Positions 17,958 to 28,166 of a stretch of 64,000 nt of DNA are shown in pieces (positions within the stretch are counted from its first letter, which is position 1; each line of letters begins with the position of its first letter). Position numbers and translations under genes: made by a program. A model generated the notes under the pieces. It ran no database searches and was not told where the DNA came from. It saw only the letters and a program-made list of their open reading frames with translations. The DNA comes from Nannocystales bacterium. GTDB taxonomy: Bacteria > Myxococcota_A > Polyangia > Nannocystales > Nannocystaceae. The stretch is taken from NCBI GenBank assembly GCA_050633305.1, contig JBOEGF010000010.1, positions 544,001 through 608,000 of the forward strand, read 5' to 3'.

Positions 17958-19633
17958 GCGTTGATGGCTCCTTCCAGGCCCAGTGATCCTCGAAAACTCC
18001 AGCCCCAGCCAAACAGGTCTCCGTCCTCACTGAGTGCCAGCGACGGCCCCCCGGCACCGCCCTCGAGTTCGAGGATGTCGAACATCCGTGCGTCCTCACG
18101 ATCGACTTCGACCTCAGACGCGACCAGGCGGTCCGCGAGGTCTCGCTCGCCGTCCTTGCCGAAGCCCTGGCCGAGCTGGCCCAACGCGCCGAGGCCCCAG
18201 GCGTAGACATGCCCGTCCGCTGTGAGGGCCAACCCCACGAAACCATCACCACTGACGGAGACCACGTCTGCGAGAGACTCTCCGTCCACCGTGACGACGG
18301 GGCTTGGGGATAGAACGTCGACCCCGCTTTCGTCGTCGACGCCTGCTTGCCCCGCGTGGTTGCGGCCCCAGGCCAGGAGCGTCCCATTGGCAAGCAACGC
18401 AAACGCCGTCGTGTTCGCCGCGGCAACGTGAACGACGTCGGTCATGTTGGAGATGAGCGTGGGAACAGGGTGGGCATCGCCATCTGCGTTGCCCAGACCG
18501 AGCTGTCCGCGGTCGTTCTCGCCCCACGCGTAGACTCGCCCCTCGGCCGTCAGTGCGTACGAGACGTCCGAGCCCGCAGCCACCTGGATGATGTCGGACA
18601 GCCCATCGATGGCGGCGGGTTGCATCCGAGGGACGCCCCCTGTGTCCGAGCCGAGTTGGCCGTAAAGGTTGTCGCCGAACGTCCAGACCGAACCATCGGC
18701 GTGAAGGACGAGTGAGTGGTCGAACCCAGCGTTGATGGCGATGGCGTTATCGAGGCCCGGGATGGGGGCGGGTGTTCGTCCGCAGGCACTCGTTCCACTG
18801 TTGCCGCAGTCCGACTCGCTCTCGCGACCCAGTTGCCCGCTTCCATTGCTGCCCCACGACAGAACTTGTCCGTCCTCGCGCAGGCCGAGCATGAATGTCT
18901 GGCGGGTCACCACGCTGACCAGCCCATCGACATCCGCCGCGTAGCGAACCGGAAGGCCGGCTGTCTCAGGGTCGTCGCCCCAGCCGGAGCCTTCGAGCGT
19001 GCCATTGCCCAGCTGACCGAGCTCGTTGCGACCCCACGTGTAGAGCACACCATCCCGGATGAATGCGGCTTGCGAGTTGCCCACCGAGACGCGGTGCCCG
19101 AAGTGCACGCTGGCCTCGGCGACCCCTTCGTTGCCCGCGTTGTCGGTGCCGATGAGGCTGTAGGTTTGGGTGCCAGGCGTCAGCGAGGCCCGAAACGCAA
19201 ACGTACCGTCTTCGTCCACCTCCACCTCGACCGGTCCCTCGCCGCCGTCGAAGCTGAGTGTGTCGATGCCGGAAGGGTCGTCGGAAACGGTGCCCTCGAA
19301 CGTCCAAACCGCAGTCGCAACCGAAGCGCCGTCTCGCGGAGCGGTGAGCACGATCACGGGGGCGGTCTCGTCTTGGATGCCTGTTTCGGTCGCAGTGCTG
19401 GTCCTCTCGCCGGCTTCAGAGTCATCGTCCTCCGTGGTTCCTCCCGTCGTCGGCGACGTGGTGGTGCCGCCCGGGCTGCCGGTCCCTGGCGTCGTTGGGG
19501 CACTCCCGCCGGATGTCGTCGACGAGCCGCCACTCGACGTTTCGGTGTCGGCCGCGCTGAGGGGGTCCGCGGAACAGCTGAACGCCATCGGGCACCACAG
19601 GAGCAGTGCGCCGAGGATTGAGTTCGTCTTCAC
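17915..19633 (-). CDS. RCC1-repeat (beta-propeller) lipoprotein with Ig-like domain
   Basis: Repeated G.VY.WG.N..GQLG units; DETAPVIVLTAP..G Ig-like domain; S/T/G linker after a lipobox-like Cys. GTG start inferred. Confidence 0.88.
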   Translation of the reverse strand: MKTNSILGALLLWCPMAFSCSADPLSAADTETSSGGSSTTSGGSAPTTPGTGSPGGTTTSPTTGGTTEDDDSEAGERTSTATETGIQDETAPVIVLTAPRDGASVATAVWTFEGTVSDDPSGIDTLSFDGGEGPVEVEVDEDGTFAFRASLTPGTQTYSLIGTDNAGNEGVAEASVHFGHRVSVGNSQAAFIRDGVLYTWGRNELGQLGNGTLEGSGWGDDPETAGLPVRYAADVDGLVSVVTRQTFMLGLREDGQVLSWGSNGSGQLGRESESDCGNSGTSACGRTPAPIPGLDNAIAINAGFDHSLVLHADGSVWTFGDNLYGQLGSDTGGVPRMQPAAIDGLSDIIQVAAGSDVSYALTAEGRVYAWGENDRGQLGLGNADGDAHPVPTLISNMTDVVHVAAANTTAFALLANGTLLAWGRNHAGQAGVDDESGVDVLSPSPVVTVDGESLADVVSVSGDGFVGLALTADGHVYAWGLGALGQLGQGFGKDGERDLADRLVASEVEVDREDARMFDILELEGGAGGPSLALSEDGDLFGWGWSFRGSLGLEGAINAWAYSAPILVFAGD

Positions 19634-19651
19634 CAGCGTGGAATGCAATTG

Positions 19652-19676
19652 TTGAAAGGGAAAGTCAAAATCAATT
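19652..19676. promoter_or_regulatory. Fur-box-like operator 4
   Basis: TTGAAAGGGAAAGTCAAAATCAATT, ~20 bp upstream of the RCC1/DHOR operon; very similar to operator 3. Confidence 0.55.
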
Positions 19677-19734
19677 AAGCGGTGCCGAGTCAATCCAGGT
19701 CGGGTTGCTGTCTCGTCGATGCGGGCAGGGTCGC

Positions 19735-19900
19735 GGTTCGTCGGTCTCCTGGCTCATCCGGCCAACGATCCGTTGCGACGCGTTCACAGGCTGAGAGCGT
19801 CGCATCCCACGGCAATGGCCGCGATATTCCACCGCGGGGAACGGCCGACACCGGGTTCCGCGGAAAGCGCAAGTTGGTCACAGTGTGGACCGGCCGAACG
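19735..19900 (-). ncRNA. Possible degenerate cobalamin riboswitch
   Basis: Minus strand has ACTGTGA, GCCATTG..GGGATG and GAGCCAGGAGACC in B12-element order, in an intergenic leader. The 5' GGGAA/GGTGAAATCC elements are not evident. Confidence 0.33.
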
Positions 19901-19964
19901 CGAGCGCGTTCAGCCGGACGTGTTCAGCTCATCCGGCCCGACGACGAGCGGCAACCTCTCGCGC

Positions 19965-21260
19965 CTACCTCGGGAGCCAGCTGCACATCGCGTCGATGGC
20001 TGCGGTGACCCGAGGACAGTGCTTGCGCAGGAACCCCTCGGTAATCGCCGCCTCACGAGGGAGTTCGGCGACTGCATCCAGGGCGGCCTGCCCGTCGAAG
20101 TCAACGTAGGCGAGGCGGGCGGTGAGCTCCGAAGCGGGTCGTCCGAACTCGGAGCCTGGGAGAATCGCGACCCCGGCCTCGTCGAGCAGAGCACTGCAGA
20201 TGCTGGTGGAGTCGAAGATCCCGCGGCCCGCGAGTGGTTGCTGGAACGCGGAGAAGTCAGGGAACAGGTAGAAGCCGCCGGTGGGCGAGGCGCACCGAAT
20301 CCCCGCGGCGGTGAGGGTGCGATGGCACCAGCGACCGAGCGCACCGAGGATTCTCCGTGAGCGGACGAGGTACTCTTCGATCTCGTCGCTTTGCTGGAAC
20401 GCGGTGACCCCGGCGTATTGGATCGGGGCGCTTGTCGAGGTGTACGTCTCGCTCGCGGCCGCGGCCATCGCATCCTGCAGCCAGCGCATATCGGGCGGAA
20501 AGAGGAACGTTCCCAGCCGCCAGCCCCCTGCGCCACACCATTTCGACAGCCCCGCGGAGACGATGGTGCCCTCGGGATAGAATCGTGCGATCGACACGTG
20601 CTGGCCCTTGTGGTGCAGCTCGCCGTAGATCTCATCGGAGAGCATGACGATCCGGTACTTCTTCGCGACCTTGGCCAGAGCCCGAAGGTCGTCGAGGCGG
20701 TACGTGCCGCCCGTCGGGTTGGACGGGTAGTTGAGGATGATCAGGCGTGGGCGGTCCGGATCCTGGGCGCAGAACGCCTCGAGTCGAGCGGGACTGAGCT
20801 GCCAGCCGTCGGCCTGCGATGTCTCGAGCAGTTCAACACGTCGGCCGATGATGCGAGCCTGCGGCGCGTATGACACCCACGCCGGGGTTGGGATGACCAG
20901 GTCGCCGTAGTAGGTGAGCTGCAGCAAGAACATCAGCTCCTTGCTGCCCGGGCCAATGAGGACATCGTCCCCCGTGCGCTCGATGCCGTCGGTGCGGTGG
21001 TGGTACGCGGCCACCGCATCGCGCAGCGCTCGTAGCCCGCACACAGGCAAGTAGTCCTTCTCGTGCGCGTGGTCCCGCAGCGCTTGCACCACGGGGGCGG
21101 CGACGGGGAAGGGCGATTGTCCGAGGCCGAGCTTGAAGACCTGGCGCCCTTCGGCGATCAGTGCGTTGGACCGCTCGTTGATCGCGACCGTCGCGGATTG
21201 CTTCATGCCTCGCACATTGAGGTTGAGGTGTGCGTACGGCGTGGCCTTCTGCATTGCCAA
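19965..21260 (-). CDS. PLP-dependent class I/II aminotransferase (aspartate aminotransferase-like)
   Basis: LGLGQSPF, GPGSKE, NYPSNPTG, LSDEIY, GLSKWCGAGGWRLG (PLP lysine) and GGFYLFPD. Confidence 0.93.
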   Translation of the reverse strand: MAMQKATPYAHLNLNVRGMKQSATVAINERSNALIAEGRQVFKLGLGQSPFPVAAPVVQALRDHAHEKDYLPVCGLRALRDAVAAYHHRTDGIERTGDDVLIGPGSKELMFLLQLTYYGDLVIPTPAWVSYAPQARIIGRRVELLETSQADGWQLSPARLEAFCAQDPDRPRLIILNYPSNPTGGTYRLDDLRALAKVAKKYRIVMLSDEIYGELHHKGQHVSIARFYPEGTIVSAGLSKWCGAGGWRLGTFLFPPDMRWLQDAMAAAASETYTSTSAPIQYAGVTAFQQSDEIEEYLVRSRRILGALGRWCHRTLTAAGIRCASPTGGFYLFPDFSAFQQPLAGRGIFDSTSICSALLDEAGVAILPGSEFGRPASELTARLAYVDFDGQAALDAVAELPREAAITEGFLRKHCPRVTAAIDAMCSWLPR

Positions 21261-21369
21261 CCAACGGTAGCTGCTTCTTACGGTGCGTCCAAGTGATCAG
21301 CCGACGAGGATGTCGGCGTGACTGCGTATCACCCCGCCGTGGTCCCGCGGGCAAACCCCGACTTGGGTC

Positions 21370-23718
21370 CTAGGCTACGCGCGGACGCTTTCGTCGACGG
21401 AGGGGCGCGAGCAAGAGGAGCAGCAGAGGGCCCCACCCGGAGCTCCCGCCTGTGCGGCAGCCCAGCGTCTCGGGATCCGGGCCAGTCTCGCCTTGGTCGG
21501 ACTCCGCTTTTTCGCTTGCGGACGCAGTTGCAGGTGTGCCGGGCTTGACCGGGCCCACAGGACCCGTGGCTTTCTTGCGTGCCCCGGCATCGGCTTGTTC
21601 GCGGAGCCCCAGCTCATCGATGATGTTCGAGGCGCCGTAGACATCATCGATGAGCCACAGGATGTAGCGGATGTCGACGATGACGTTGCGGCTGCGATCG
21701 ATGGCGTACCCGAAGTCGCCCGCGATGTTCTCCCAGACCCGGTCGAAGTTCAGCCCGACCCAACGGCCCTGTCCATCGACCACCGGGCTGCCGGAGTTCC
21801 CCCCAGTCGTGTCCCCGGAGGCGAGGAAGCACACCGGAACATCGCCAAGCTCCGGCTGCGCCCAGAACGTATCGGCGGCAGCGGGGGCGGCATCTCGGAC
21901 GGCCTTGGGCAGGTCGAAGGGATCCTCGCCCGTGTGCTTGGCGACCTGCCCCGACACGGTTGTGTGCGGGGTGGCGAGCAGGCCTTCTTGTGGACTGTAG
22001 CCGCGGACGGTGGCGTAGCTGAACCGCATCGTCCCGTTGGCGTCCGGGTATACCGGACCTTGTCGGACGGCTTTGGTCATGTCGAAGTACAGCGGGCCCA
22101 GGACAAGCTCGCGGCCTTCACGGTCTTTCTTGCGCAACTCGAGGGCCTCGATCTCCTCGGTGACGTCGCGAGCCCAGACGATGAGCGGGTCCGTGCTGGC
22201 TTGAATCGCGTCCCAGTCGGCCGCATCGAACGCCGCCTTGACGAAATCGGCATCGATGATCTTGGTGGAGGCGAACATCGCGGAGACGCCTGCCTCATCG
22301 AGCGCCGTGAAGCGCTGGGCCTCGGGCATGGTCTGTACCCAACGGATCAGGATCCGCAACATGCCTTCGTCCACAGCCGCATCGTGGTCGCGCAGACGTC
22401 GCTCCATGGCAGACCACAGCTTGGCTTGGCCTCGGTCACGGTAGGCACCCACGCGCTCGAGGTCGGGCTTCGTTCGTTCCTTCGCACGGCGCACGAGGTC
22501 GATCGCGATCGCGACCGCGTTGCCCGCTCGCTTGACGCTTCCGACCGCATAGTCCCGGCCGAACTGGGCGCGACGTTCCTCGGAGAGCGCACCCAGGTCG
22601 GGCAGCACGTTGCCGTACTTTGCATCGCCGGAACTCGCCCACTTCGCAAGCGCGGCGTCCTCGGTCTTCCGACGGTCGAGCAGCCCCAGGCGGCGAATCC
22701 CGTCGAGCATGCCGCGGCTGTTCTTGTGTACGTTGGCCAGCCTCCGCAGGGTGGCGGCAACCTTGATCTTGACCGCAGGGTCTTGGGCACCCTTCTCGGT
22801 CAGAAGGTCGATCCATTGACCGTACAGGTCCACCTTGGCGGGCAGCGCTTGCTCGACTTGGCGCTCGACCTCAGGCAACGGAAGGTATCGGTCGGTGTGT
22901 CCGGGGAAGCCCATCACGGACACGAAGTCCCCCTCGTCCACGCCGGTGGGGTTGATGTCGAGCCAGCGCTCGGGCTCGAGCGGTTCGTTGTCCTGTGCGT
23001 AGTCGGCCGGCTTTCCGTCGGGGCCCGCGTACACGCGCAGCAGCGTGAAGTCACCTGAGTGGCGCGGCCACATCCAGTTGTCGACCTCGCCGCCGTAGTT
23101 TCCGACCATCGAGGGCGGGGCAAACACCACGCGCACGTCCTTGTACTCCAGGTAGTCGAACAGCTGGAAAACGCTGCCGCTGTAGAAACTGCGGACCGTG
23201 CAGCTGTGCCCCTCTCCGGCTGCTTCACATGCGTCGATGAGCTGTTTGGTCGTAGCTTCGACCGCCTTGGCTCGCGCCACAGCATCCTTCGCGCCGTCAA
23301 GCGACGCCCGAACCTCGCCCGAGACGTCCTTGATCTGCTGCAACACCTTGACGGTGCGTCCCTTCGCGCGCAGCTCGTCGGTCAGGGTCTTCGCAACAAA
23401 CCCGTCTGTGAGGTAGTCGTGGTCGACCGAGCTGTTGGCCTGAATCGCACCGTAGGCGCAGTGGTGGTTGGTCGCGACCAGGCCGCGCTCGGACACGAAG
23501 CCCGCCGAGCATCCTGAGAGGTTGACGATGGCTTTCATCAGCCCTCCGTCGGTCTCATTCCAGATGTCCTTGGGCTCGAGCTCCAGGCCCATCTTCGTCA
23601 GTTCAGCGGCGTCGAGCTCCCCGATCTGCTTGGGCATCCACTGGCCCTCTTCGGCGGCAGACGTGGAGGGAACGAGGCTCGCGAGGAGCAGACCGAGGAA
23701 GGCCGCGGGGCGTCGCAT
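21370..23718 (-). CDS. S46 family dipeptidyl peptidase (DPP11-like) with MYXO-CTERM
   Basis: EEGQWMP, GCSAGFVS..GLVATNHHC, DNWMWPRHSGDF, YPDANGTMR, DTTGGNSGSPV, GLNFDR and a C-terminal GCRTGGSSGWGPLLLLLLAPLRRRKR. Confidence 0.94.
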   Translation of the reverse strand: MRRPAAFLGLLLASLVPSTSAAEEGQWMPKQIGELDAAELTKMGLELEPKDIWNETDGGLMKAIVNLSGCSAGFVSERGLVATNHHCAYGAIQANSSVDHDYLTDGFVAKTLTDELRAKGRTVKVLQQIKDVSGEVRASLDGAKDAVARAKAVEATTKQLIDACEAAGEGHSCTVRSFYSGSVFQLFDYLEYKDVRVVFAPPSMVGNYGGEVDNWMWPRHSGDFTLLRVYAGPDGKPADYAQDNEPLEPERWLDINPTGVDEGDFVSVMGFPGHTDRYLPLPEVERQVEQALPAKVDLYGQWIDLLTEKGAQDPAVKIKVAATLRRLANVHKNSRGMLDGIRRLGLLDRRKTEDAALAKWASSGDAKYGNVLPDLGALSEERRAQFGRDYAVGSVKRAGNAVAIAIDLVRRAKERTKPDLERVGAYRDRGQAKLWSAMERRLRDHDAAVDEGMLRILIRWVQTMPEAQRFTALDEAGVSAMFASTKIIDADFVKAAFDAADWDAIQASTDPLIVWARDVTEEIEALELRKKDREGRELVLGPLYFDMTKAVRQGPVYPDANGTMRFSYATVRGYSPQEGLLATPHTTVSGQVAKHTGEDPFDLPKAVRDAAPAAADTFWAQPELGDVPVCFLASGDTTGGNSGSPVVDGQGRWVGLNFDRVWENIAGDFGYAIDRSRNVIVDIRYILWLIDDVYGASNIIDELGLREQADAGARKKATGPVGPVKPGTPATASASEKAESDQGETGPDPETLGCRTGGSSGWGPLLLLLLAPLRRRKRPRVA

Positions 23719-24108
23719 GCGGCGGCCTTCGTACCACGTCCGCGAGGAAGGGGCACTGGAGACCGCGGACGCTACTTGCGGACAAGCTCTAGTTCTGGGC
23801 TGTCTGGGCTCCGACAGTTCCACCCTGCGCCGAAGAGGTCCTCCCCCTCGTCGACACCGTTGCTTGGGTCGGTGACGCAGCCCGTGGTCACCGCGGCTGC
23901 GACGGTCCAGGAGAGCGAGGCGGTGGCAGGTCGTAGAGACGACCGATGGAATGAAGGGTCATGTCGCGGTGGACGAGCGAAGCTTCAGTTCGACTACGCT
24001 TCTCTTGAACTCGCCAAGCCCGATCTCGATGAGGGCCGAGCTCCGCCGGAGCGCTGCACGGCCGGGCAAGGTGTTCAGCGTGCCGGCGGTCCGATGTCCG
24101 CGGAAGGG

Positions 24109-24945
24109 TCAGCACCCGTTTCCCGGCCACGGGTCCCCGGGGCATTTCGGCTCGCAGACGTCGTCCACGATCGCGGCGCTCAGACTCTCGTTGTCCGACA
24201 CGGAGCACTCTCCGCCAATGAACAGGATGGCGGCGAGTCCCTCCGACGCAATGTCGCTCAGCCTCGGGTTGAGGCGAATCTCCAGGTCGTCGAAGGTGCC
24301 GACGAAAGCCTGCAGACCGCTGATGCTCTCGAGGGATTCGTTCGCCACAATCCGCAGGGAGGCCGGCGTCTGCTCGAGCAGGTCCAGGGTGTTGAAGTCG
24401 GCCAGGGCGGCGTTGTTCGAGACGGTCAGCGTGCCGCCGGGCCCCAGCGGTCCGTCGGGCAACGCACCGATCGCCGCGATGTTGTCCAAGCCCGTGACGT
24501 CGATCAGTTGTGCGTTTCGTTCGAGCGCGAGGTCGTGCCCGACGCTCTCCAGACAAGCCAGAAAACTCAGGCACTCGAAGTCGCTGTCCGAGACGGAGAG
24601 CCGGCCCGAGATGCTCGTGTAGCCCATGATCTCCGCGATATCCTCCGGCGCGGAGAGGGCGAGGGAACCGTCGAAAACCCCTCGGTCGCACGAAACGGGA
24701 ACGTCACACGAGTGCAACGCGGGTTCACCCGAGCTGTCGCCGGTCACTGTGTCGCCTCCAGGCGAACTGCCGCCGGTCTCTTCGAGACCTCCGCTGGAGC
24801 TCGGAGAGGTCGCGTCGGCGGCCGTCGTTTCCGCCCCGCCGCTCGAGTTCGACGCTGCGTCCTCGGTGTTGCCACTTGAGACGACCGGACCACATGCGAC
24901 GCCTGAGAGGAGGGCCGCGGTGATCGCAGTCGCACGACGGTTCAC
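24109..24945 (-). CDS. Lipoprotein with receptor L-domain / leucine-rich repeats
   Basis: LLSGVAC lipobox; repeated L..L..VG.DL.L..N..L..V.GL.N pattern. Confidence 0.78.
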   Translation of the reverse strand: MNRRATAITAALLSGVACGPVVSSGNTEDAASNSSGGAETTAADATSPSSSGGLEETGGSSPGGDTVTGDSSGEPALHSCDVPVSCDRGVFDGSLALSAPEDIAEIMGYTSISGRLSVSDSDFECLSFLACLESVGHDLALERNAQLIDVTGLDNIAAIGALPDGPLGPGGTLTVSNNAALADFNTLDLLEQTPASLRIVANESLESISGLQAFVGTFDDLEIRLNPRLSDIASEGLAAILFIGGECSVSDNESLSAAIVDDVCEPKCPGDPWPGNGC

Positions 24946-25519
24946 CGGGTGAGGCTACCATTCACTCCCCATGCGTCCCGGCCCGCAGGGCGTGTCTCTA
25001 CCGCTCGCCGGCCATTGCCCAACGGCTGGGAAGAACGCTGGCCGACTGCGGCTGTTCTCGACAGGGCGCTTGCGGCGTCGCACCGCTGCTGCGTTTGGCC
25101 TGGCCAGAGTCAGACAACCGTGCGGGCGTGAAACGTCACGGGCGGCCGCCTGTACCCACTGGGGGCGTTTTCGGTGTCATGCGATTGGCCCGGCTCGAGC
25201 CGAACCTCTTGCGTGGCGACACCGCACGGGCGCGAAGGCGGTGTGCCGGAGTCGGCGCGGACACGACCGGGCAACCTGAAGGCGTCTACACCGGGCTGGC
25301 TTCACCGCGACCTGCCTTCGCGTCCCAGCAACGTCGAGGGTCCCGGCCTCGGAGCCGTGTTCGATGGTTGTGTGTGATACGAGCGGGGCCAGACGGCGGT
25401 CCTGGGCCTTGCGCTCCACCTTGACGGGTCACAGGGGGGGTCCCGTTCTCCATCTCTTCGTGGAACACTGCGCGGGGCCGGGCGTGTCAGTGTCTGGTCC
25501 GAGCAGGACCGTTTCACGC

Positions 25520-27700
25520 ATGAGGACCAAAAACCCGACTTCGTCTCGACTCCTCGCAATGGCTGCACTTGCGCTGGCCCTTCCTTTGGTCGCGCTCAGC
25601 ACCGATGCTGCGGCGGAGGACCTCGCCTCGATTCCCGACACATCGAGCATCATCGGTGGTGGACCCGTTGCGTCCTGTGAGTGGCCGTCCACCGTGTTCC
25701 TCGAGAACTGCACGGGCACGCTGATCCACCCGGAGATCGTCGTGTACGCGGCGCATTGCGGGGAAGCGGAGCGCGTGTGGTTCGCGGAGTCGGTGGCCGA
25801 CGGAACACCGACGCCGCCCGAGGGCTTCTCGGTCGACACGGAGTACTGTTGGACCAACCCCGCCTGGTTGACGACGCAGGACATCGGCCCCAGCCGGGCA
25901 GCGGACTACGCGTTCTGTAAGCTCGCCCAGCCGGTCGAAGATGTTCCGATCGTCCCCGCGCTGGCCGGCTGCGAGACCACGGTCCTCACCTCTGAAACGC
26001 CGGTCACCCTGGTCGGCTTTGGCGGCACAGACCAAGAGACCTTTGGCGTGAAGTTCACCGTGGACACCGTGCTTCACTACATCGACCAGTGGGGCGTTGC
26101 GGTGATCGGTGGTGGAGGACAGAGCCCGTGCGCGGGGGATTCGGGCGGACCGGCGTTCGTTCAGATGCCCGATGGTACGTGGCGGGCGTTCGGAATCGTC
26201 AGCGGTCCGAACCAAGGAAACTGTGGTGATGCGATGTGGTTCCCCACCATCCACAGCGCCATCCCCGACATCGAACGCATCAGCGGAATCGACGTGACGC
26301 CATGTCATCACGGCGGCGATGGACAGTGGAATCCCAGCCCGGCGTGCCGCGACTTCCCCCTCGAACCGAACGTCGGCGTAGGCAAGTCGTGGTCGGAGGG
26401 ATGTGGTGGGGGTCCGAGCATCGAATGGAACACCACGTGCGGCGATGCGTACGACGCCAGCGAAGACCTGGTCGCGCCCAGCGGCGCGATCACACAGCCC
26501 GAGGACCGTGAACGGATCGACATTCCGGATGGGGCGAGGACGGCGTCTGCGTTGATCGTCGCTGAAGCGACCGATGCGGTCAGCGGCGTCTCGTGGGTGG
26601 AGTTGATCGTCAACGGTGAGGACATCGCGGGGTCTCGCCTTGTCGGTTCCCCCTGGGAATGGGAGGTCGAGCTCCCACCGGGCGTGTTGGAGATCCAAGC
26701 GCGTGTCGGGGACTGGGCGGGAAACGAGAGCGAAACGGCCGCCGTCGTGATCGGCGTCGATGTGGATCCTCCGCCTGCGCCTGAAGGCGGGTCTTCATCC
26801 GGGGGGGACGACACAGGGGCCGACGGTTCGGGCACGGGAAGCTCGACCGGGGTTGGGGCGACGTCGACAGGTTCCGACGCCGGGACCTCGTCTGCAGGAG
26901 GCGGCACGTCGGACGGGGACGACACGGACACGGGCGGATCTTCGGCCGGGTCCTCGGCGGGAGACGACGGCTGCGGCTGTCGCTCGAGCTCGGGCGGGGA
27001 TGCCACTTGGCTGTTCGTGTTCGGGCTGGTCGGACTGATGCGGAGACGTCGTCGCTCGAAGCGGTCGGCTCGCGTGGCGGCGGCTTTGCTGGGCTTGGGC
27101 CTGTCCGGGGGCTGCGACGGTGGCTCGGCGTCGGACCCCGAAGACCCCGACGATTCCTCCACGACAAGTGTGCCCACCGCGACGGGCACGGGCGCGCCGG
27201 GGTCCAGCTCGGGCAGCGACTCGACCAGCTCCACGTCGTCCTCGTCAAGCGGCGACGAGTCTCCGAGTTCGACGACGACCGGACCGTCCTGCGACGCAGG
27301 CACGCTCGACTGCGTGTGCACGCCCGAGTTCACCTGCAACGAGGGCTTGGCGTGCTCGCTCAACACGTGTGTCGAATGCGAAGCGGGGGCGATCTCGTGC
27401 CCTTGCAGCGCTGAGGACGGCGAGGCTGGAGTCTGTGATGAGGGGCTGCTGTGTTTCGGCGGGTTGTGTTCATCGCCGCAGCCGTGCCCTTTCGTCGAGA
27501 ACAACTCCTGCGACGAACCCGAAGGCTCCGACATCTGTTTTGAGGGGACGGATGTGTTCGACTGTTGCGCCACCGAGCCCGGCGTGTGCGAGGAGATGAG
27601 CCAGGGTGGTCGGTGTCCCGATGGCTCGGATCCCGACGATTGCGACTCCGGGACAGGGTCGACCGGTGGAACGGGCGACTCGACGGGGGACCCGGAGTAG
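25520..27700 (+). CDS. Trypsin-like (S1) serine protease + Ig-like domain + internal MYXO-CTERM + second lipoprotein-like Cys-rich domain
   Basis: IIGG, CTGTLI, YAAHC, DYA and GDSGGP. Then GCGCRSSSGGDATWLFVFGLVGLMRRRRR, then AAALLGLGLSGGC and a ~190-aa S/T-linker plus Cys-rich tail. Confidence 0.88.
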   Translation: MRTKNPTSSRLLAMAALALALPLVALSTDAAAEDLASIPDTSSIIGGGPVASCEWPSTVFLENCTGTLIHPEIVVYAAHCGEAERVWFAESVADGTPTPPEGFSVDTEYCWTNPAWLTTQDIGPSRAADYAFCKLAQPVEDVPIVPALAGCETTVLTSETPVTLVGFGGTDQETFGVKFTVDTVLHYIDQWGVAVIGGGGQSPCAGDSGGPAFVQMPDGTWRAFGIVSGPNQGNCGDAMWFPTIHSAIPDIERISGIDVTPCHHGGDGQWNPSPACRDFPLEPNVGVGKSWSEGCGGGPSIEWNTTCGDAYDASEDLVAPSGAITQPEDRERIDIPDGARTASALIVAEATDAVSGVSWVELIVNGEDIAGSRLVGSPWEWEVELPPGVLEIQARVGDWAGNESETAAVVIGVDVDPPPAPEGGSSSGGDDTGADGSGTGSSTGVGATSTGSDAGTSSAGGGTSDGDDTDTGGSSAGSSAGDDGCGCRSSSGGDATWLFVFGLVGLMRRRRRSKRSARVAAALLGLGLSGGCDGGSASDPEDPDDSSTTSVPTATGTGAPGSSSGSDSTSSTSSSSSGDESPSSTTTGPSCDAGTLDCVCTPEFTCNEGLACSLNTCVECEAGAISCPCSAEDGEAGVCDEGLLCFGGLCSSPQPCPFVENNSCDEPEGSDICFEGTDVFDCCATEPGVCEEMSQGGRCPDGSDPDDCDSGTGSTGGTGDSTGDPE

Positions 27701-28166
27701 GCAAGCTGTTCGGCCTCACAATGACCCCCCGCATCTGCAACCTCGCGGGGATTGTCGCCTGGCGGGTCTCCACCTGAGCCTGGTCCGTGCTGGCAGTCGG
27801 AGCGGGTGGGCTGGGTTGTGATCAAGCCGCGGCGCGGTTCAAGGGCGACCTTTCGCCGAGCACGTATCCGTACTCGCTCTCGTTCATTCAGCCGGACCAA
27901 CATGCCGCCAAGAAGTCTCCACGTCCTCCGATGGCGGCGCCCTTGATGGGGGCCGAGGTCATGATCGACGGCAAGCGACTCGCGTGACTCAACCCCAACG
28001 ACGACCAATGGCACGTCGGATTGCCCCGCACTCGGATGGACTTCGATGCGCTACGCCGAAGCTGGGGCCGATGAACCGTTGGGAGGTCTAAACCGGTGAC
28101 GCTGTTCGGCTACGGCCAGGAGCGCCGCGGGTTCGCCGAGGACGACGCTGGTCATACTTCAGTCTC

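Noticed and set aside
28009..28024. Sigma54-like TGGCACGTCGGATTGC
   Set aside because: GG-to-GC spacing is 11 nt rather than the required 10, and there is no convincing plus-strand gene downstream.
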